A stretch of DNA of 64,000 nt from a virus: IMG/VR virus record IMGVR_UViG_3300037042_003533, positions 19,700-83,699 of that record; one strand, 5' to 3'. Below are positions 8,006 to 16,707 of the stretch, one piece after another. Both the position numbers and the translations under genes were made by a program. Below the pieces are notes generated by a model. That model ran no database searches. It saw only the letters and a program-made list of their open reading frames with translations, and was not told where the DNA came from. Position 1 is the first letter of the stretch, and each line of letters opens with the position of its first letter.

Positions 8006-10893
8006 TGCGAGTCTACCTTAATCCCAGTTTTGACCACGAAGAAAATGCAGATGGGGGAATCCGCCGTGTAGTGGAAGCTCAGAAGGCCCACTTCCCTAGT
8101 CTGGACATTGAAATAGTTAAAGACCCTAAACAGGCTGACATTGCTGCTTGCCATGGTACAGAACTTCTTCTTGATCATCCTTGCCTTGTTCATCACTTGC
8201 ATGGCCTCTACTGGAGTTCTTCAACCTGGAATGCTTGGGCGCACAAAGCCAACGAGCTTCTGGTTCAGGGCATAAAACGAGCCAAAATTATAACAAGCCC
8301 CAGCGATTGGGTAAGTAATAGTGTTATGCGTGGTACCCTTCGAACGTCACACACTTTATACCACGGTGTTGAAGTAGATGAGTGGGTTCCTGTAGACAAG
8401 AAGCCCTTTGCGCTGTGGGCAAAAAACAGAGTAGACTCTATATGTTCCCCCAAGGATATGAACAAATTAGCAGAACTTATTCCGGGGTATCAGTTTATTT
8501 CTACCTTTGGAAATGAGGCAGACAATGTGCTAATCATAGGCCCCCAAAAGTTAGCAGCTATGAAGCCTATTATTCAGGCGGCTTCACTCTACGTCTGCAA
8601 CGTCCTCGAAACTGGGTCAGTAACTCTGATGGAATGTATGTCATCGGGGGTTGTGCCGGTCGGTTGGGATTTTGGGGCTAATGCAGAAATCATCACTCAC
8701 GGCGTTGATGGTTGGTTGGCTAAGCCGGGGGACTTCACGGGGCTTTTAGAGGGGTTTAACTACTGCCTTAGCAATTTAACAGAGATGAGTTCTGCTGCAA
8801 GACATAAAATAGTTGAACGGTTCCAATGGAAAGATACAATCAAAAAGTACCGTGAGGTTTATGACCTTGCTCTCCAAGAACCTGCCACCGGCCCTGCTGT
8901 GAGTATAATTGTAACAGCCTACAATCTGGCAAGCTATCTACCAGACTGTCTAGAATCAGTTCTCAGTCAAGACTTCTCTGACTGGGAGTGCATCGTAATT
9001 GATGACGCAAGCCCTGATGAATGCGGGGCAATAGGAGAACATTATGCAGAAAAAGACAGACGAATTAAAGTCATTCACAATCAATCCAACGCTTACCTTT
9101 CCGAGGCACGAAACATCGGAATCCGTGCCTCTTCCGGTCGTTATATCTTGCCCTTGGATGCCGATGACCAGTTGGGCGCTGGTGCCCTCAAAACTCTGGC
9201 AGGAGCTTTGGACAGAAGCCTGGAACTCGACGTTGTCACCGGAAGCATGGAGTTGGTGGAAACAGACGGCAGAAGATGGGTCTCAACTTGGCCTCCAAGT
9301 AACCCTAACTATAACGAGCAGATAGCCGAGCATAACCAAGTACCATATTCCTCCATGTACCGCCGGTGGGTCTGGGAAAAAACAGGCGGATACCGACGAC
9401 GATACAAAACAGCAGAGGACGCAGAATTTTGGGCACGGGGTTTCAGCTACGGTGCTGTTCCCGCCAAAGTAACCAATAATCCAACTCTAATTTACTCTAA
9501 CCGCTCATCCTCTATGTCACACAAAGAGCCACCTATTTCGTGGACATCCTGGCTAACTTGGTCGAAATTCCCGGAACTCACGCCCTATGCAGCTTCAGGC
9601 GAGCCCCCGCGTGATCAACTGTTTTGGGACGTAAATAGCTATGGACCCGTTGAAGTCTCAGTGGTTATCCCTGTGGGGCCAGGACATGACTGGTATTTGC
9701 AAGATGCTTTAGACAGTTTGGTAGCCCAAACCTTCCTAAACTGGGAAGTTATACTGGTGAATGACACGGGCACTCCATGGATGGACGGCGACCAACTCAT
9801 TAACCCTTATCTTGCTGGCTTCCCTTGGGTCAAACTAATAGACTCGGACGGTACGAACCATGGTGTAGCTTGGGCTCGCACGCAAGGCACAATGATGGCA
9901 AAGGCTCCCCTTGTGTTCTACCTGGATGCAGATGATTATCTCCAGCCGCTGGCTCTGGATGCTTTTGTGAAGACCCAGAAGCAGTATGGTGGTTGGGTTT
10001 ATTCTGACTGGTTTGACCAAGACGGTCAGCTAAAGGAAGCCAAAGACTGGTCGGCAGACGGCTTAGTTGAAAAGATGCTTGGGCCTATGACGGGCCTGTA
10101 CCCACGCGATCACATGTTGGCAGTGATGTTTGAAGATTTCGGCGGCTGGGAAGATTGGGATGCTCAGTTGTCTTTGTTGGAACGAGGGGTTTGTGGCACA
10201 CACTTAGCTTATCCTCTGTTTACGTACCGCTATCACACAGGCACGCGCAGGGAAGATAATTTTGAAAATGCTGCAAATCTGTTAAAGTATGTTAGAACTA
10301 AACATAAAAATCTCTTGAGGGAGGAAGTCATGGCTGGATGTAGAAGTTGTGGAGGCGGGGGTGGAAAGCCCAAAGCGAGTTTAAGTGTAGCTGCTGGAAG
10401 AAAAGCAGTAGCACCCGCAGAGATGGCTCTTATTGAGTATATTGGGCCGATGACCCAGTTCCAACAGTTCAAAAGCAGGGTTAAAGCAGGAACTACCTAT
10501 CGCTTTGGGGGTGATCCTGGGGAGGACAGCAGGAAGTTTTATATCTACCAAGGGGATGCAGAATGGATAACATCCAATCCGGTCTACAGGATTGTGCCTG
10601 AAGTAGTTGAAAACACCACAGTACCTGATGTTCCTGTGCTGACAGCTTACACCCGCCCGGCTCCTGTGGATTTCAACGACTTTATGAGGCAAGCTGAGTT
10701 TATAAAGGCAGTTGAACCTGCTGCTATCGAAGCCCTCCCGCTTTCTCCTGAGACTGTTTCTATCCTGAATAGTGCCGGGTTTGATACTATCGAGCAAATT
10801 AAATCTCTGTCGGTGGCTCAACTCGTAACAATCAAGGGAATCGGGGCTACTAGAGCTAACAAGATTATGCAGGCAGTTAAGGAGTATAAATAA
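8005..10893 (+). CDS. Multidomain glycosyltransferase: GT4 + GT2 + GT2 + C-terminal helix-hairpin-helix module
   Basis: GGIRR and ETGSVTLME (GT-B); VSIIVTAYN/IDDAS/LDADD; VSVVIP/VNDT/LDADD; IKGIGATRA HhH at the end. Confidence 0.85.
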   Translation: MRVYLNPSFDHEENADGGIRRVVEAQKAHFPSLDIEIVKDPKQADIAACHGTELLLDHPCLVHHLHGLYWSSSTWNAWAHKANELLVQGIKRAKIITSPSDWVSNSVMRGTLRTSHTLYHGVEVDEWVPVDKKPFALWAKNRVDSICSPKDMNKLAELIPGYQFISTFGNEADNVLIIGPQKLAAMKPIIQAASLYVCNVLETGSVTLMECMSSGVVPVGWDFGANAEIITHGVDGWLAKPGDFTGLLEGFNYCLSNLTEMSSAARHKIVERFQWKDTIKKYREVYDLALQEPATGPAVSIIVTAYNLASYLPDCLESVLSQDFSDWECIVIDDASPDECGAIGEHYAEKDRRIKVIHNQSNAYLSEARNIGIRASSGRYILPLDADDQLGAGALKTLAGALDRSLELDVVTGSMELVETDGRRWVSTWPPSNPNYNEQIAEHNQVPYSSMYRRWVWEKTGGYRRRYKTAEDAEFWARGFSYGAVPAKVTNNPTLIYSNRSSSMSHKEPPISWTSWLTWSKFPELTPYAASGEPPRDQLFWDVNSYGPVEVSVVIPVGPGHDWYLQDALDSLVAQTFLNWEVILVNDTGTPWMDGDQLINPYLAGFPWVKLIDSDGTNHGVAWARTQGTMMAKAPLVFYLDADDYLQPLALDAFVKTQKQYGGWVYSDWFDQDGQLKEAKDWSADGLVEKMLGPMTGLYPRDHMLAVMFEDFGGWEDWDAQLSLLERGVCGTHLAYPLFTYRYHTGTRREDNFENAANLLKYVRTKHKNLLREEVMAGCRSCGGGGGKPKASLSVAAGRKAVAPAEMALIEYIGPMTQFQQFKSRVKAGTTYRFGGDPGEDSRKFYIYQGDAEWITSNPVYRIVPEVVENTTVPDVPVLTAYTRPAPVDFNDFMRQAEFIKAVEPAAIEALPLSPETVSILNSAGFDTIEQIKSLSVAQLVTIKGIGATRANKIMQAVKEYK

Positions 10894-11222
10894 TGACAGA
10901 GTGTTGTTGTCCACAATGCAGACTCGGAAGGGGTGAAATAACTTTTGAGGAAGCCTTAGAAATAAATTCTAGCACCAGACGAGGTACTAAAGAACAACCC
11001 AGTGTTGGTAGAGTTGTACATTATGTAGCCTATGGAACTCCTGGAGGAGAGTTTCCTGCTGGGGCTCATCGGGCAGCAGTAATAACCGAAGTAGAGGATG
11101 AAGGAAAACACATCGTGTCTCTTTGTGTTATGAATCCAACAGGACTGTTCTTTAACCAACATATTAAATATGATAGTACAGTCCAGATGCCTGGTACATG
11201 GCACTGGCCGGAGATAGTTTAA
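10893..11222 (+). CDS. Hypothetical phage protein (PSVGRVVHY...GTWHWPE family)
   Basis: Recurrent small phage protein motif; translationally coupled. Confidence 0.6.
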   Translation: MTECCCPQCRLGRGEITFEEALEINSSTRRGTKEQPSVGRVVHYVAYGTPGGEFPAGAHRAAVITEVEDEGKHIVSLCVMNPTGLFFNQHIKYDSTVQMPGTWHWPEIV

Positions 11223-12964
11223 TGTCACAAATATCACTAAGTGGGATCGGTTTTCTGCTGGGCGATAATCAGCAAGCCGTAGATCGGATCAACGGAAATA
11301 CTGCTACAACGGGCATTGAACCACGGTGGGTCAAAGTTCACAACTCTATGATTCACCTTCAACAGTTGCGAATTGGCAACCCTCACACTAACTTGATGTG
11401 TCGTCTAACAGCAATCGAGCCTTATTTCGAGAACTACATTCGTAGGATGCAAAACGGCGAGACTGTTGACCCGGCTGCTTCGGCTCGTGAATACTACTCT
11501 TATATGAAGGCAGTAATGGGTGGTGCAGCTCCTCCAGGAACGTACATGGAAGTTTGCCCTCCAGGGTTTGCCACCTGGCAATACTCTACATGGCTGAACA
11601 GCTATTTCCTAACCATTATGCCCCTGCTGGAAGCTGACGGCCTGTTTGCTGTTATTTGCAACTGGTACACAGGTAATCCTCATACAATATCAGATGGTAC
11701 CGACGGCTGGTCACCTTTCCTGCCTGCTATCCAATACGCGGCGGCTCATGGACATATTGTGGGGGCACAAGCTTACTGGGAGAACCCTGACAAAGCTATG
11801 GAAGACTTGGGGCACTGGACAGCCTACCGCCCACTGCGAGTAAACAGCGACTATGTTCTGCCTGCTAATCTAAAGTGGGTGCCCTCGGAGTTCGGGTTTG
11901 ACGGCCCTGGAGGATACAAAGCTAACAGCATCGATGATGGTCAGTATCGAGCAGCTATTAACAGAGCGGATTTGGCTTTCCGAGGGACGCTGGTAGATGG
12001 GTTCACAATCTTTATCTTGCAGGAATATGGCACTGAGTGGGACGATTTCCTCTTCTGGGGTATCTTTGATGGCTTGCTGGCTGATATAGCTGCTGCTGGC
12101 CCTGATACTGGCTCGCCTCCTCCTCCACCCCCACCGCCGCCTCCTCCCCCGCCTCCACCACCTTCTGGGGAAAACCTTATTCTCAACGGGTCTTTCGAGA
12201 ATGGCTCTACCAAAATCACGGCGGATTTAGATGTACCCACTGATTGGCATGTTTGGTTGGGAAGTGGAAGTAATATAATTCATAGTGAGATCGAACATCA
12301 CCCCCCACACGTAGTAGAGGGTGTGTCTGCTGGTAGACTGTGGCAGGGAGATCACGGAACTAGAGCATCAGCTTACTATCAACAGGTAGATGTTGAAGAG
12401 GGTGCTGAATATCAACTTTCTGCTCAGGCTTTTGGGATGAGCACAAACACACCGATTGTGGGGACTCCCTCCGAATCTGGGATGGTTGTTATGGTTGGTA
12501 TTGATCCTGATGGGGGAACTAACGCGACCCTCCCTTCTGTAATATGGTCTACTATCTGCAATCCACAAGATATGTATACCTCTCTATCTGTGAAGTCTGC
12601 GGCCTTTAATGACTTTATTACTGTGTTTCTGTATGCTTACCCGATGGAAGCTCGTTTGAGGAGTGACATCTTCTGGGATGTTGTTAGTTTGGTAAAGACC
12701 CAAGATGCTCCTGAGCCAGAAATCATGGTGACTACTGGTAACCTAAACTTACGTACAGGCCCTGGCGCTACATTTAGCAAGATGACTATCATCCCTAAAG
12801 ACACTGAAGTCTTTGTGTATGAGATCGAAAACGGTTGGGCTTTTGTAGAAGTGACGTTGGATATTTGGCCGTTGGCAATGGAAGTAGCTGCGTCAAACTA
12901 CAAGACATGGGTAAAGGGTGAAGCAACCCTGATTGGTTACTGTTCAGCAGACTACTTGGAATAG
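11222..12964 (+). CDS. Candidate cell-wall hydrolase/lysin: glycoside-hydrolase-like domain, poly-Pro linker, CBM-like domain, SH3b domain
   Basis: SEFG nucleophile-like motif; 16 consecutive Pro; NLILNGSFE CBM-like start; NLNLRTGPG...NGWAFV...GY SH3b. Confidence 0.6.
   Translation: MSQISLSGIGFLLGDNQQAVDRINGNTATTGIEPRWVKVHNSMIHLQQLRIGNPHTNLMCRLTAIEPYFENYIRRMQNGETVDPAASAREYYSYMKAVMGGAAPPGTYMEVCPPGFATWQYSTWLNSYFLTIMPLLEADGLFAVICNWYTGNPHTISDGTDGWSPFLPAIQYAAAHGHIVGAQAYWENPDKAMEDLGHWTAYRPLRVNSDYVLPANLKWVPSEFGFDGPGGYKANSIDDGQYRAAINRADLAFRGTLVDGFTIFILQEYGTEWDDFLFWGIFDGLLADIAAAGPDTGSPPPPPPPPPPPPPPPPSGENLILNGSFENGSTKITADLDVPTDWHVWLGSGSNIIHSEIEHHPPHVVEGVSAGRLWQGDHGTRASAYYQQVDVEEGAEYQLSAQAFGMSTNTPIVGTPSESGMVVMVGIDPDGGTNATLPSVIWSTICNPQDMYTSLSVKSAAFNDFITVFLYAYPMEARLRSDIFWDVVSLVKTQDAPEPEIMVTTGNLNLRTGPGATFSKMTIIPKDTEVFVYEIENGWAFVEVTLDIWPLAMEVAASNYKTWVKGEATLIGYCSADYLE
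12116..12163 (+). repeat. CCN repeat encoding 16 prolines
   Basis: Direct reading of the sequence. Confidence 0.9.
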
Positions 12965-13044
12965 TTGACAGTTTGAGGTAAAATATACCCAGATGTCTCT
13001 AGGAATGGGGTGTCTGGGTATAGGAAATGTTGAGGGAGAGAGAG

Positions 13045-13254
13045 ATGGCAGAAATAGTTTACGAACAATGGCAATGTGATTTCTGCAAGACAGTCAGTCT
13101 ACCTATAAAAGACAAAGCCAACCCACCAGACTCATGGATGATGGTTAGTCTAGCTCCGGTATTTAGTGGTATCTATTATTTTTGTAGTAAAACCTGTTTT
13201 CGTTGCTATGGGGATTCCAAGTTAATAAGTTTAGCAGAAAGTAGGGAGAGATGA
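13045..13254 (+). CDS. Small CxxC...FCS zinc-finger-like protein
   Basis: GGGAGAGAGAG leader; CDFC...PDSW...YFCSKTC. Confidence 0.6.
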   Translation: MAEIVYEQWQCDFCKTVSLPIKDKANPPDSWMMVSLAPVFSGIYYFCSKTCFRCYGDSKLISLAESRER

Positions 13255-13454
13255 TTAAAATTATTTGCAATCTTTGTGGGGAAACACAAGAAATGGAGTA
13301 TGATGCTTCTGAAGGTTTTGAGTGTCTATCCCCCGTCGTTCCAGAGGGATGGTCTTGTTTTAAGGGTAATGGAAAAATTTTGCATTTCCACGACAAAGAA
13401 GAGGGAAGTTGTTTAGAACTGTGGATGCAACAGGAGAGAGATCAAAATGTATAG
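13251..13454 (+). CDS. Small zinc-finger-like protein
   Basis: AGAAAGTAGGGAGAG leader; CNLC...PEGW...HFHD...C. Confidence 0.6.
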   Translation: MIKIICNLCGETQEMEYDASEGFECLSPVVPEGWSCFKGNGKILHFHDKEEGSCLELWMQQERDQNV

Positions 13455-13713
13455 TCCAGAACCCTTCCGTATCTATGTACATGATTTTTATTGTGGGAAC
13501 GGAGAATATCCTTGGGAGGGTAAACAAGTAATAACTGTAGGAACCTTTGGTTGCGCGTGGGCACAAACCTACGAGTTGAATAAAATGCACCCCCCTTGTG
13601 GGGTTACTTGCTACCAATTAGATTTATGGGTATTAGGTAGATTTATTAAGTGTTTATTTTCAGGCAACTTAGTTTTGTGTTTTAATGAGTGGTGGTTAAA
13701 CCCTAACGCTTAG
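13447..13713 (+). CDS. Hypothetical protein
   Basis: AGGAGAGAG RBS; ends in the AACCCTAACGCTTAG motif. Confidence 0.5.
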   Translation: MYSPEPFRIYVHDFYCGNGEYPWEGKQVITVGTFGCAWAQTYELNKMHPPCGVTCYQLDLWVLGRFIKCLFSGNLVLCFNEWWLNPNA

Positions 13714-13733
13714 TGTAGAAAGTAGGGAGAGAG

Positions 13734-13942
13734 ATGTAAATTTTGAAGTTGGTGGAACAATCTTCGATTTGGCGTTCTTTATAGATCAGGGAGTAAATAT
13801 AAACAGAGAACCACAAGAAAAAGCTGTAGACGATGCGATTAATCTATTCCTGCAACTATACCCTCGATGGAAATCTATTCCGAGAGAAGAGTTGGTTGCA
13901 AGAAGTGTGACTACATTTAACTCATGGCACGATGAAAGGTAG
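13734..13942 (+). pseudogene. Probable frameshifted micro-gene (ATG TAA after a canonical leader)
   Basis: Conserved leader, then ATG TAA; a ~68-codon open frame (VNFEVGGTIF...HDER) continues in the adjacent frame to TAG at 13940-13942. Confidence 0.45.
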
Positions 13943-13952
13943 GGAGAGAGAT

Positions 13953-14153
13953 ATGATCTTATGGATAGTAGGGAGGATTCACGGAGATGATTGGGAGTTG
14001 CAAGGAGTGTGTGAGTCTGAGCAACTAGCAAAAACTTTTTGCCACCACGATGAATACTGGTCTTATTTTATTGGGCCGGTTGAATCCAATAAAGAATTAC
14101 CTATCAAAACGGAATCATGGCCTGGAGCATATTTTCCGTTGGATAATAATTAA
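13953..14153 (+). CDS. Hypothetical protein
   Basis: GTAGGGAGAGAG leader. Confidence 0.6.
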   Translation: MILWIVGRIHGDDWELQGVCESEQLAKTFCHHDEYWSYFIGPVESNKELPIKTESWPGAYFPLDNN

Positions 14154-14170
14154 AGAAAGTAGGGAGCCTA

Positions 14171-14380
14171 ATGTTAGCTTGGAGAGAAGAGTTAGACAAA
14201 GCAATATGTAAGGAAATTGCCTCACATACACCATTCTCGATAGAGGATGTTCGTACTGCTTATAAGAAAAGTAAGTCTTTTGATAAGGTTCTTGAGGCTG
14301 TTGATGTTTGTGGTCAGTGGGGACTGCATAGCATTGAATTTGCACTGGATTTCAAAACAGATGAGCTAAACGTTGAATAG
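14171..14380 (+). CDS. Hypothetical protein
   Basis: AGAAAGTAGGGAG leader. Confidence 0.6.
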   Translation: MLAWREELDKAICKEIASHTPFSIEDVRTAYKKSKSFDKVLEAVDVCGQWGLHSIEFALDFKTDELNVE

Positions 14381-14397
14381 AGAGTAGGGAGAGAGAG

Positions 14398-14784
14398 ATG
14401 ATAGAAAATAGAATAACAGATATAAAGAATTTTATTCCCAAAAATCTTGGGGGGCATTGCTGGCACTTAACCAACCCTCATATGACATTATCAGACGGTA
14501 TATCTAAATTTCCAGATTACACCTGTTGCTATTGTGGTGTTAGATCAGTTGCGGCAATTCCTTTTGAAAAGAGACCAACGGATCACGGGGAATTTTATCC
14601 TGGTGCTTTATTGAAACAGGAAGACTACTGGGAGTTTACTGGTAATCACTATAAATGCCAAAAGGGTATAACAGGGGCTTGTAAAGGACTTGTATTTTAT
14701 GTACCTACTCCCAGACCAGAACCCCCCAAACCGGAGTTCTATGATTCGGGCGGGCGAAATAATCCTAATCTATATCCAAGGTAG
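14398..14784 (+). CDS. Cys/His-rich hypothetical protein
   Basis: GTAGGGAGAGAGAG leader. Confidence 0.6.
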   Translation: MIENRITDIKNFIPKNLGGHCWHLTNPHMTLSDGISKFPDYTCCYCGVRSVAAIPFEKRPTDHGEFYPGALLKQEDYWEFTGNHYKCQKGITGACKGLVFYVPTPRPEPPKPEFYDSGGRNNPNLYPR

Positions 14785-14807
14785 GATTTAACAGAAAGTA
14801 GGGAGAG

Positions 14808-15020
14808 ATGATTTTTGAAGGCAGACATTCAATGACTGTGGGTGAGCTTTTGGATGAACTAAATTTGTTACCCTCTGATGCTATTGTCATAACGGCGGGA
14901 TGTGACTGTATGGGCGATGTGGCAGAGGTTAGTTATGATAGCAGTAACAACACAGTTTATTTAGATAGAACTGATAACCATTATGGTCATTGTTTCAGTT
15001 TTAGTGAAATCATAGAATAA
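14808..15020 (+). CDS. Hypothetical protein (MTVGEL..L type)
   Basis: AGAAAGTAGGGAGAG leader. Confidence 0.6.
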   Translation: MIFEGRHSMTVGELLDELNLLPSDAIVITAGCDCMGDVAEVSYDSSNNTVYLDRTDNHYGHCFSFSEIIE

Positions 15021-15054
15021 CCCTAACGCTTAGTCTTAGAATACCGAAGGTAAT

Positions 15055-15868
15055 ATGCTAGAAATCAAAGGAGATCATATGACCACACCAGACCCAAGAC
15101 ACCCAGTCAAAACTTCTCAGGATACTTGTCAAGGGTGTAAACACTCTATGACCGTTGACTACATGTTACTAACCTGCATGTGTGAGTTATGTGACCACTA
15201 TAATCACCTCTTGATTAAGACTCATCCAAAATGCTCTTGGTCGGAGGATAAACAAATTGGGGAGTAGCCTTAGAGATTTAGTTGCCTTTGCCTTGTTTGA
15301 GGGTGATCGAGGAAGTGGGCATAAACATATTAAAACTGATATGTCTATGTGGGAAACCTTTTATGTTAATACTGAACACAACAAAGGGCAAGGCCGTAAG
15401 TGCTTTGATAATTGTGGTCGATGTGAGATGGATAGATTTTATAAGTTAGCAGACGAAATATTGTTTACTTGGAAAGGTTAGGGTTATGAAGAAAGTATCT
15501 CATACAACAGAATATATAGCCTTCGGTTGTGGAGTAGCAACCTTGTGCTTTGTGATGAATCTACCCCTTGAATCAATTGCACTCTTTTCTATTTTATCTG
15601 TGTTTGGTGTTTGGTTTATAATAAAACTAAGTGGGGGTATTTGATGTGGAATATAACGTTTCCTCAACCAATTCAAGGATGGGAGTGCCCTAGATGTCAT
15701 TTGATCAATTCACCACAACGGATGTCGTGTCCATGCTCAGCGAAAAATATGCCCAGCATCTCCACGACAAGCAGCGCCGCGCCCTACGGTACCGAAGGAA
15801 CAACTTGCGACGGCGGGATGGGGTGCAAGTGTTCGAGCTACAAAGAAGACGGCGATACCAAAGAGTAG
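15055..15868 (+). CDS. Four small hypothetical genes (15055/15079-15267, 15257-15481, 15486-15644 membrane peptide, 15644-15868 zinc ribbon)
   Basis: Abutting or overlapping short ORFs; GWECPRC zinc ribbon in the last. Confidence 0.5.
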
Positions 15869-15901
15869 TACAAAAGCAAGAAGCTAGAAGGGAAATTGAC
15901 C

Positions 15902-16255
15902 ATGCTGGACTGGATTTTATCGAATCTCTCAGAGAATATTAACTGGTTCTGGTTGGTAGCAGGCTGTATTGCAACCTGGCGAATAACTTCTATCATTCAT
16001 GTAGAAGGGATAGCCGCCCCAATTCGAAAGTTCTTTGGTGGTGTTCATGATGCAGAAGGAAACATTAAATACCATCCTCTTAAGATACTAGGAAAACAAA
16101 CTACATTCTTCGCTGAACTCATGTCCTGTTTTTGGTGTCTATCTGTTTGGGTGGGGGGAGCAGTCACTGTAATTGTTTTGATTTGCCCCTATATTCTGTT
16201 ACCATTTGTTATGAGCGCTGTTGCAATCATACTAGAGAAGATTTGGGATAATTAA
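15902..16255 (+). CDS. DUF1360-like membrane protein
   Basis: WRITSII...R...ELMSCFWCLSVW signature with TM helices. Confidence 0.7.
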   Translation: MLDWILSNLSENINWFWLVAGCIATWRITSIIHVEGIAAPIRKFFGGVHDAEGNIKYHPLKILGKQTTFFAELMSCFWCLSVWVGGAVTVIVLICPYILLPFVMSAVAIILEKIWDN

Positions 16256-16257
16256 TC

Positions 16258-16707
16258 ATGAGTGATAATGAACTAACAATGGATGAAAAATATTTTGACT
16301 TGCAGAATAGGCTGATTGAAACCAAATTATCCGCGATTGCAAGCGCGGTGGAGAATTTTGGCAAGGATATTAAGAAAGTTTTGGATGACCACGAGTTACG
16401 ACTGAGAGAACAGGCTAAATCATCTACTATCAATGCTCAGGAGATTATTGCCCTGAGTGCTGTTAATGCCCAAAAGCTTGTAGTCATGGAGAATGGGCAG
16501 AAAGAACTTAAATGTTCTATTATTGCTCTGGAAGCAGAAGCAATGAAACGGTTGGATGCTCTTGCTAAAGAGCGTGAGGAAAACTCCCGCAAAGAACTTA
16601 CTCTCTGGCAAACAATAGCAATTGAAGCAATCAAGTTCACCTTCTTGGGAGCTGGTGGTGGTGGTGTCATCATAGCAATAGTTAAACTATTTGGGATCAC
16701 ACTCTAA
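16258..16707 (+). CDS. Coiled-coil protein with C-terminal TM helix (holin/XhlA-like lysis accessory)
   Basis: Heptad-rich body, hydrophobic C-terminus. Confidence 0.45.
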   Translation: MSDNELTMDEKYFDLQNRLIETKLSAIASAVENFGKDIKKVLDDHELRLREQAKSSTINAQEIIALSAVNAQKLVVMENGQKELKCSIIALEAEAMKRLDALAKEREENSRKELTLWQTIAIEAIKFTFLGAGGGGVIIAIVKLFGITL

